Assembly (NCBI GenBank): GCA_964627195.1
Contig: CAZVJU010000006.1
Location: forward strand, 6,200 to 59,541
Origin: an uncultured Gammaproteobacteria bacterium
Lineage (GTDB): Bacteria > Patescibacteriota > Microgenomatia > UBA8517
Length of the DNA stretch: 53,342 nt
Direction: 5' to 3'
In this document: positions 47,679-53,342 of the stretch, one piece after another
Position numbering within the stretch: the first letter of the stretch is position 1
How the letters are laid out: the number at the start of each line of letters is the position of its first letter
Translations under genes and position numbers: made by a program
The notes under the pieces: generated by a model
The model's database searches: none
Told to the model about the DNA's origin: nothing
Seen by the model: only the letters and a program-made list of their open reading frames with translations

Positions 47679-49312
47679 GTATACAAATACTTTTTATAGT
47701 CTTCAAGCATCCTTTCAGCGCCGAATTTTTTAGCAATAGTGATTGATTCTCGCATTCGGCCAATCCATTTATCGGGCAAACCATCTGCGTTTCGGGTATA
47801 AAAAAGCGGTGTAATTTCTTTTTCCAGAAGGTCGTAAAGATTCTCCGCTACATTTTTGGGGTCAAGAACCCAGCCCGCACCCTCCCAGTCAACTTCGTAG
47901 GTCCAGCCATCAAGCACTGTGCAATTTAAAACCCCGTTACTTATTGCTTTCATTCCGCTGGTTCCGCAAGCTTCGAGATTTCCCTGAGGGGTATTGAGCC
48001 AGATATCACTGCCTGAGGTCAGGTGGTTCGCCAAGGAAACATTGTAGTTCGGAACAAAAATGGCGTGGCCCGATAGCTCTGTCGAGAATATTTTGATAAT
48101 TTCTTCAATTATCGATTTTGCATTGGGATCTGCCGAGTGAGTATTGCCTGCAAAGAGAAGTTGAACCGGCATTGTCGAATTTTCCACTATTTTTTTCAGT
48201 CGTTCCAAATCCGTAAAGATAATTTTCGGCTGTTTATATTCTGCCAGCCGCCGTGCCCAAGTGATAACCAGTCTCTCAGGGTCATAGCCAAAACCGGTTC
48301 TTTGGATAACTGTTTCCACCAGCTCTTTCTTTTTCGTCATGTGGAGATCCCATATTTGCCTATCGCTAATAATTTCTTTTCTGAAATCACTATCCTGCCA
48401 TCTCGGGAGATGAACTCCGTTTGTAATTGCTATCCACTTGTAGTTGGGATACTCTTTTTTGCAGTAATCTCCATGGACCCTGCTGACGGCTGTTTGCTTA
48501 GCTGAGATATTAAGGGCAAAGCGGGAAATACTAAAAGTTCCCGGATCCGTAACTCCATCTTTAATTAAGAGGTTAGTGTCAATTCCCAGTGATTCGGCTA
48601 AAGGGTTTGCGTAGCGCTCGATAAGATCGGTCGGATATGTTGGATTTCCCGCTGCCACAAGGGTGTGATTCGTATAAATAATTTTTTCTTTCGCCTCCTT
48701 CCAGCTGTCTTCGAAAGACATTGCTTTACCTTCCATCTTTTGTTTGGTAATTTCCCATATACAAAATGCCGCTCTGCCCTCATTGATGTGGTAGTAGTTT
48801 GGTGCGATGTCGAGAGCTTTAAGAAGTTTTATTCCTCCTATCCCAAGCAAAATTTGCTGTCTAATTTGGCTTTCTTTATCACCTTTATACAAAGCATCCA
48901 TGTCGCTGACCCACTCGGCCGGGTTGCCGTCCACATCTGTAGAGAGAAAGAAAAGAATAGCAGTGTCGGAGAGTCGTATGTGGTAGGCTTTAAATTTAGC
49001 TTCACTCTTTCCCCAAGGTAAGCTTAATTCTAGGGTTACTCCATTTTTGGTCGTTGGCCGCAGGAATGAAGTGTCGTGGTCAAATTCAGAATCCCTTTTC
49101 TCCTCACGGCCCTCTCCTGTGATGTGTTGCATAAATTCCTTTCCTTTATACAAAATTCCGATGCCAACCATTGGGAAATGTTCGAGGGCAGCCTGGTGAA
49201 TTACATCTGCCGCTAATATTCCTAACCCTCCGGAGTATGTAGGAAGTTCATTATCTATCGCAAATTCACTGCAAAAATAGATAACCGGTTTTTTGACCTC
49301 GGGTAACTTCAT
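47675..49312 (-). CDS. glgP: Alpha-glucan (glycogen) phosphorylase
   Basis: YSGGLGILA.D, TNHT, ITNGVH, EACGTSGMK. Confidence 0.92.
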   Translation of the reverse strand: MKLPEVKKPVIYFCSEFAIDNELPTYSGGLGILAADVIHQAALEHFPMVGIGILYKGKEFMQHITGEGREEKRDSEFDHDTSFLRPTTKNGVTLELSLPWGKSEAKFKAYHIRLSDTAILFFLSTDVDGNPAEWVSDMDALYKGDKESQIRQQILLGIGGIKLLKALDIAPNYYHINEGRAAFCIWEITKQKMEGKAMSFEDSWKEAKEKIIYTNHTLVAAGNPTYPTDLIERYANPLAESLGIDTNLLIKDGVTDPGTFSISRFALNISAKQTAVSRVHGDYCKKEYPNYKWIAITNGVHLPRWQDSDFRKEIISDRQIWDLHMTKKKELVETVIQRTGFGYDPERLVITWARRLAEYKQPKIIFTDLERLKKIVENSTMPVQLLFAGNTHSADPNAKSIIEEIIKIFSTELSGHAIFVPNYNVSLANHLTSGSDIWLNTPQGNLEACGTSGMKAISNGVLNCTVLDGWTYEVDWEGAGWVLDPKNVAENLYDLLEKEITPLFYTRNADGLPDKWIGRMRESITIAKKFGAERMLEDYKKYLYT

Positions 49313-49399
49313 TATTTAAGCATACAAAGCTTTGATCATAATTTCCATAGGAGCAGGAGAATATTGTTAGAAGTTGAAAGATATGAGAAAATATCTAAT

Positions 49400-49690
49400 A
49401 TGGGAGTTATTGACAAGTTCCCTGCAGAATTATTACTGTTTTTCCGTTATAGCGCAATTGCCGGATTTCTGGCTACAGTTACTCTTATTATTAACTTCAA
49501 CCACACAAAGTTTGCCAACATCTTCGGAGATCGGTCAAAATCTTTATGGTGGTTATTTCTGATCTTTTCCGTCATCCCGCTTTTACTTTTTTTATTTATT
49601 TTTAATTTTGTTTTTGGAAGGTTTGAGCTGAGGCAGTATGGAGATACGGTTCTTGCGGTATTCGGGATGAAAGGTTTAAATGCAAACTAG
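49400..49690 (+). CDS. Small membrane protein
   Basis: Probable ATG at 49400; P.E......AIAG..A motif shared with next gene. Confidence 0.6.
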   Translation: MGVIDKFPAELLLFFRYSAIAGFLATVTLIINFNHTKFANIFGDRSKSLWWLFLIFSVIPLLLFLFIFNFVFGRFELRQYGDTVLAVFGMKGLNAN

Positions 49691-49901
49691 CGATATTCTT
49701 CCTCCGGAAGTTTATGCGATTGTGAAGCTGGCTGCGATTGCCGGATTATTTGCGGCCGGGGCAATGATTATTGGTGTGGCCTATAAACTGTATAAGTTTA
49801 TACTCGGTGAAGAGAAAGCTAAAAAGTATCGGATGTATTTTCTCTTCGGAACTTTACCGCTCGCATTTATCTTAGTCTATATATATTTCTTGTTATTTTA
49901 G
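49680..49901 (+). CDS. Small membrane protein, paralogue of upstream gene
   Basis: LPPEVYAIVKLAAIAGLFA. Confidence 0.6.
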   Translation: MQTSDILPPEVYAIVKLAAIAGLFAAGAMIIGVAYKLYKFILGEEKAKKYRMYFLFGTLPLAFILVYIYFLLF

Positions 49902-50671
49902 GGAGTAGGAGTTAACTGAGATTCCAGTTTTTGTTCGGCTAAATCCAGAAGTTGTCCGAAGATGCGACCGACTTGTTTAATTCTGGGATAGATTTTTTCG
50001 AGCTGTGGTTTTAGGATTTCAAATATTTCCCTAATGGATCTTTTGCCTTCTTCATCTAAAGTACTTACATTACAGTCATAAACTTTTCCATTATGTGTTA
50101 TCTTGTCCAAATCGACAAACGGAGTTTTTATCCCCAAAGGTTCAAATAGGTTTCCCAAGACATCTTTGGGGTATTTTACTCTGCCTGTCATAAAATCTAT
50201 CGAAGTTTCAGGTTCCCAAATACCGTCGGAAGTTTGTTCTCCTAAATATCTGCTATCCTCCAGAGCTGTCTTTACACAATCGGATTGGAAAGCTGTGAAA
50301 CCTTTTTTTCCTGGTATGTTTACTTCCACCCAGTAGTACTTTCCGCCTCGAACAATCCGTGTTATGGTAGGGTTAGATAATTGGAAAGCGTCTCCCCACT
50401 CAGCGTTTTCTATATCTCTCCATTGAAATTGTTGTGTTGCAAAAATGTCGGGAGTCGGTGTCGGGGTGAGAGTGGGGGTTGCGGTCAATGTGGAGGTGGG
50501 TGTGAATCCCAGAGTTGGAAAAGCATCTGGTGGGGGAGAAGATAAAGGAGTCGGTTCCCTAATAAGACTGGGTGAAGGTGCAGCAGCTCCATTGCAGCCG
50601 GTAATTCCAAGAGAAATAGCAGCTGCTGCCATCCCCAATTTATAAAAAGGATGTAATCGTTCACCTTGCAT
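49898..50671 (-). CDS. Putative lipoprotein with Pro/Thr linker
   Basis: Lipobox-like ITGC, TPTPTP. Confidence 0.65.
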   Translation of the reverse strand: MQGERLHPFYKLGMAAAAISLGITGCNGAAAPSPSLIREPTPLSSPPPDAFPTLGFTPTSTLTATPTLTPTPTPDIFATQQFQWRDIENAEWGDAFQLSNPTITRIVRGGKYYWVEVNIPGKKGFTAFQSDCVKTALEDSRYLGEQTSDGIWEPETSIDFMTGRVKYPKDVLGNLFEPLGIKTPFVDLDKITHNGKVYDCNVSTLDEEGKRSIREIFEILKPQLEKIYPRIKQVGRIFGQLLDLAEQKLESQLTPTP

Positions 50672-50710
50672 AAGATACTTTAGATTGATTATTAAATTTC
50701 GGTCGGTTGT

Positions 50711-50929
50711 TTATCTTTGTATTTTCCTGTAAGGTAGATTTGTATCTTTTAGAATTTTTGCAAGCAGACCTTTTCCTATCTTTTCGCCTGAATGGATAGG
50801 AACAGACGTTTTTCTTCCATCGTGGTGTTCTAATCTAAGGTGGCTACCCTTTTGTCTTACTTCTAAAAAACCTCCCCTTTTTAGTATTTGTAACAACTTT
50901 CGTGAGCTAATTGGAGAAAGTTTAGACAT
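50711..50929 (-). CDS. hicA: HicA family toxin
   Basis: L...GF...RQKGSH..L.H......VP.H....G.GLL..IL. Confidence 0.92.
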   Translation of the reverse strand: MSKLSPISSRKLLQILKRGGFLEVRQKGSHLRLEHHDGRKTSVPIHSGEKIGKGLLAKILKDTNLPYRKIQR

Positions 50930-51185
50930 AAGTGATAGTTATGTCTTCAATGCCAAAAAAGCGAGGAGAAGGAGTTTTTTGCTCGGTTTTTTCTTTGATA
51001 AGCGTTTTATCTGTTTCGAGCACAAGTTCAATTACTTCCTTTATTCTATCTCGTACTTGTTCTAAAGTCTTACCTTGGGTGTAACATCCAGGGAGTTCAG
51101 GAACAGACGCTACATAAATCCCATCCTCATCTTGTTCGATTAGGACTTTAAATTGTAATACCCTTTCTTTTTTCTTTGTCGTCAT
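50922..51185 (-). CDS. hicB: HicB family antitoxin (short, no DNA-binding domain)
   Basis: E.DEDG.YVA.VP.LPGC.TQG.T.E. Confidence 0.92.
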   Translation of the reverse strand: MTTKKKERVLQFKVLIEQDEDGIYVASVPELPGCYTQGKTLEQVRDRIKEVIELVLETDKTLIKEKTEQKTPSPRFFGIEDITITYV

Positions 51186-51224
51186 AGATATATTATATCA
51201 TGAGCGATTTTGGTATATAGTTAA

Positions 51225-52757
51225 TTGATGCTAGCCAAAATTACTTCCGGGGCGACTGTCGGATTAAACGCAACTTTAATTGATGTCGAAGTTGACATAG
51301 CAGACGGACTTCCTTCCTTTACAATCGTTGGGCTTCCCGACAAGGCGGTTGAAGAGAGTAAAGAAAGAGTAAGAGCCGCATTAAAAAATTCCGGAGCGGA
51401 TTTTCCGAGTACCCGGATTACTGTTAACTTGGCGCCTGCGGATTTGCCCAAGGCGGGTCCTTCCTACGATTTACCGATGGCTTTGGGGATTCTTATTGCA
51501 TCGGGTCAAATTGCACCTGAGGTTGCCGACTCTTTGTTTTTTGGCGAACTTTCGTTGGACGGCAATTTAAGACACACAAACGGCATTCTTCCGATGGCCT
51601 ATCTTGCAAAAGAAAAACATTTTAAGAAAGTCTATGTACCAAAATCCAACGAAAAAGAGGCGGCTGTTGTCTCAGATATTGCAGTTTATTCTATTGAATC
51701 GCTTTTAGAATTGGTGAGATTTTTCAATAAGACTATCGAGTTAGAACCTGCCAAAAGGATACACTTAACTTCGCTATTGAAAACAGCCGAAGCGGAATTC
51801 GATTTTTCCGAAATTATCGGCCAGGAGCATGCAAAACGTGCAATGGAAATCGCAGCCAGTGGAAGCCATAACATTTTTATGAAAGGTACTCCCGGATCCG
51901 GTAAAACCATGCTTGCACGGGCTTTGCCCGGGATACTTCCAAGTCTTACAGAAGATGAGGCGCTTGAGGTTACAAAAATTTATTCGATAACCGGTAATTT
52001 GCGAGCCGGTGAAGCGGTAGTAACAGCCAGACCTTTCAGAAGTCCGCATCATACAACCAGTAGAATTGGTCTTATTGGTGGGGGATCAAATCCCTCCCCT
52101 GGGGAAATTTCTCTGGCACATAGAGGAGTATTATTTCTGGATGAGTTTCCTGAATTTCCCAGAAATGTGCTGGAATCACTAAGACAGCCGATGGAGGATG
52201 GAGTCGTTACAATTTCCCGCGCCAAAGGGACTGTTACATATCCTGCCCAGTTTTTGCTTGTAGCAGCCAGTAATCCCTGTCCGTGTGGCTATTTTGGAGA
52301 TTCTAAAAGGGCTTGCAAATGCATGCCGGGAGTTATTCAAAGGTACCAAAGAAGAGTTTCCGGCCCGATTCTAGATCGAATTGATCTGCACATATCATTG
52401 CGTTTGTTGGAAACTGATAAATTGGTAGGGAACAAAGAAAAAGCGGAAAGTTCTAAGCCTATTCAGGCAAGAGTTCAAAAAGCCAGAGATATGCAAATTA
52501 AACGCTTTAAGGGTTCTAAGTTCAAATCAAATAGCGAAATGAGTTCCAAGGCAGTTAAAGAATTCTGTCCGTTATCTCCTGAGTGTTATGCCATTCTAAG
52601 AAGTGCAGTAGCAAGTATGAATCTGACAGCTCGCTCATACCATAAAGTTATTAAAATTGCTCGAACAATAGCGGATTTGGAAGGAGTGAAAGATATTACT
52701 ACTAATCACATAGCGGAGGCACTTCAATACCGGCCCCAGGATAATGATGAAATTTAA
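51225..52757 (+). CDS. comM: ComM/YifB Mg-chelatase-like AAA+ ATPase
   Basis: VGLPD.AV.ES.ERV, NLAPADL.K, G.PGSGKTM, PFRSPHH, GEISLAHRGVLFLDE, NPCPCG. Confidence 0.95.
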   Translation: MMLAKITSGATVGLNATLIDVEVDIADGLPSFTIVGLPDKAVEESKERVRAALKNSGADFPSTRITVNLAPADLPKAGPSYDLPMALGILIASGQIAPEVADSLFFGELSLDGNLRHTNGILPMAYLAKEKHFKKVYVPKSNEKEAAVVSDIAVYSIESLLELVRFFNKTIELEPAKRIHLTSLLKTAEAEFDFSEIIGQEHAKRAMEIAASGSHNIFMKGTPGSGKTMLARALPGILPSLTEDEALEVTKIYSITGNLRAGEAVVTARPFRSPHHTTSRIGLIGGGSNPSPGEISLAHRGVLFLDEFPEFPRNVLESLRQPMEDGVVTISRAKGTVTYPAQFLLVAASNPCPCGYFGDSKRACKCMPGVIQRYQRRVSGPILDRIDLHISLRLLETDKLVGNKEKAESSKPIQARVQKARDMQIKRFKGSKFKSNSEMSSKAVKEFCPLSPECYAILRSAVASMNLTARSYHKVIKIARTIADLEGVKDITTNHIAEALQYRPQDNDEI

Positions 52758-52782
52758 TGATTGTCTTTTATAATATTTTCTC

Positions 52783-52795
52783 CTACAATTTGTAG
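52783..52795. promoter_or_regulatory. BlaI/CopY-type operator palindrome
   Basis: CTACA-ATT-TGTAG just upstream of the repressor ATG. Confidence 0.65.
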
Positions 52796-52798
52796 TAT

Positions 52799-53125
52799 AT
52801 GACTAGTTATAACTTAGGACCTCTTGAGCAGGAAGTTATGGACTGTCTATGGAAAGAAAAAAGTGTTTCTGTTTCAGATATTCATCATTGTCTTCAAAAG
52901 AAACGCAAAATTGCCTACACAACAGTAATGACTATTATGATGCGTTTGACAGAAAAAGGCTTTTTAACAAGAAAGATGGAAGGAAAAGCATACCTCTATT
53001 CTCCTAAAAAATCCAAGGAGCAAACTGCTAAGAATGTCATCAAGAAAATTGTTAACTCATTGGTTGACCAGTATGGACACGAGGCGGTAACTGCATTTAC
53101 AGATGAACTTAAACGACACAAGTAG
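52799..53125 (+). CDS. BlaI/MecI/CopY family repressor
   Basis: LG.LE..VM..LW, AYTTVMT...RL..KG.L.R...G.AY.Y. Confidence 0.93.
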   Translation: MTSYNLGPLEQEVMDCLWKEKSVSVSDIHHCLQKKRKIAYTTVMTIMMRLTEKGFLTRKMEGKAYLYSPKKSKEQTAKNVIKKIVNSLVDQYGHEAVTAFTDELKRHK

Positions 53126-53130
53126 GACAT

Positions 53131-53342
53131 ATGAAGAAAGAAATAAATTACTTCCTAAGTATCTTGTTAATTTTTACTTTCTCAGTTGTTTCTCTTTTTA
53201 CTCTCTTTAAAAAATACTCCGGACTAACCTTCGAGCATTTTCGAGAAACCTGCAAAGTTATTGCTTCGAGTTTTTTCTCAACCGGAGCTCATTATGTAGG
53301 GTTTATTCTCACAGCCATTGTCTTAGTTATTACATTAGGATT
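53131..53342 (+). CDS. Partial membrane protein, likely BlaR1/M56 sensor N-terminus
   Basis: Open hydrophobic frame to window end, directly after blaI; identity inferred from context only. Confidence 0.5.
   Translation, partial: MKKEINYFLSILLIFTFSVVSLFTLFKKYSGLTFEHFRETCKVIASSFFSTGAHYVGFILTAIVLVITLG

Noticed and set aside
1124-52052. Many short antisense or overlapping ORFs in the track (e.g. 2128-2346, 27014-27544, 22789-23178, 48137-48505)
   Set aside because: They are shadows of well-supported genes on another frame or strand, with no motifs.

Overview
53 kb of a low-GC bacterial chromosome. Gene content (PilM-PilN fusion, cohesin/dockerin and PsbP-like secreted proteins, many near-leaderless genes, standard code with TGA as stop) suggests a Patescibacteria/CPR genome, probably Microgenomates; this is inference. 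Left to right: 3' end of rnpB; a GIY-YIG nuclease; a type IV pilus/competence locus (1.3-11.4 kb); a long accessory region (11.4-27 kb); an M23 peptidase plus RHS toxin/immunity block; an XRE/MmyB regulator; a LeuDC-fusion, YrdC-like, LeuA-like, aminotransferase and GAF-kinase cluster; BpsA; glgP; hicBA; comM; blaI. The main signal is that the accessory region is built as repeat-delimited gene-cassette arrays with no integrase or attC in the window. Array A starts just after the major pilin and has 11-12 copies of a ~30-bp palindromic, promoter-shaped repeat (consensus TAATTTGTCTTCAAATTAGCTCCGGAGTAGAAT), one at each cassette boundary, including both sides of an inverted gene. Array B follows zwf and has 6 copies of an unrelated core (CCCATTTCCTCC). 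A third repeat is a duplicated 16-codon gene tail. All three look like gene-end remnants with mostly synonymous divergence, and several cassettes are pseudogenes. All functional calls come from motif recognition by eye; no searches were run.
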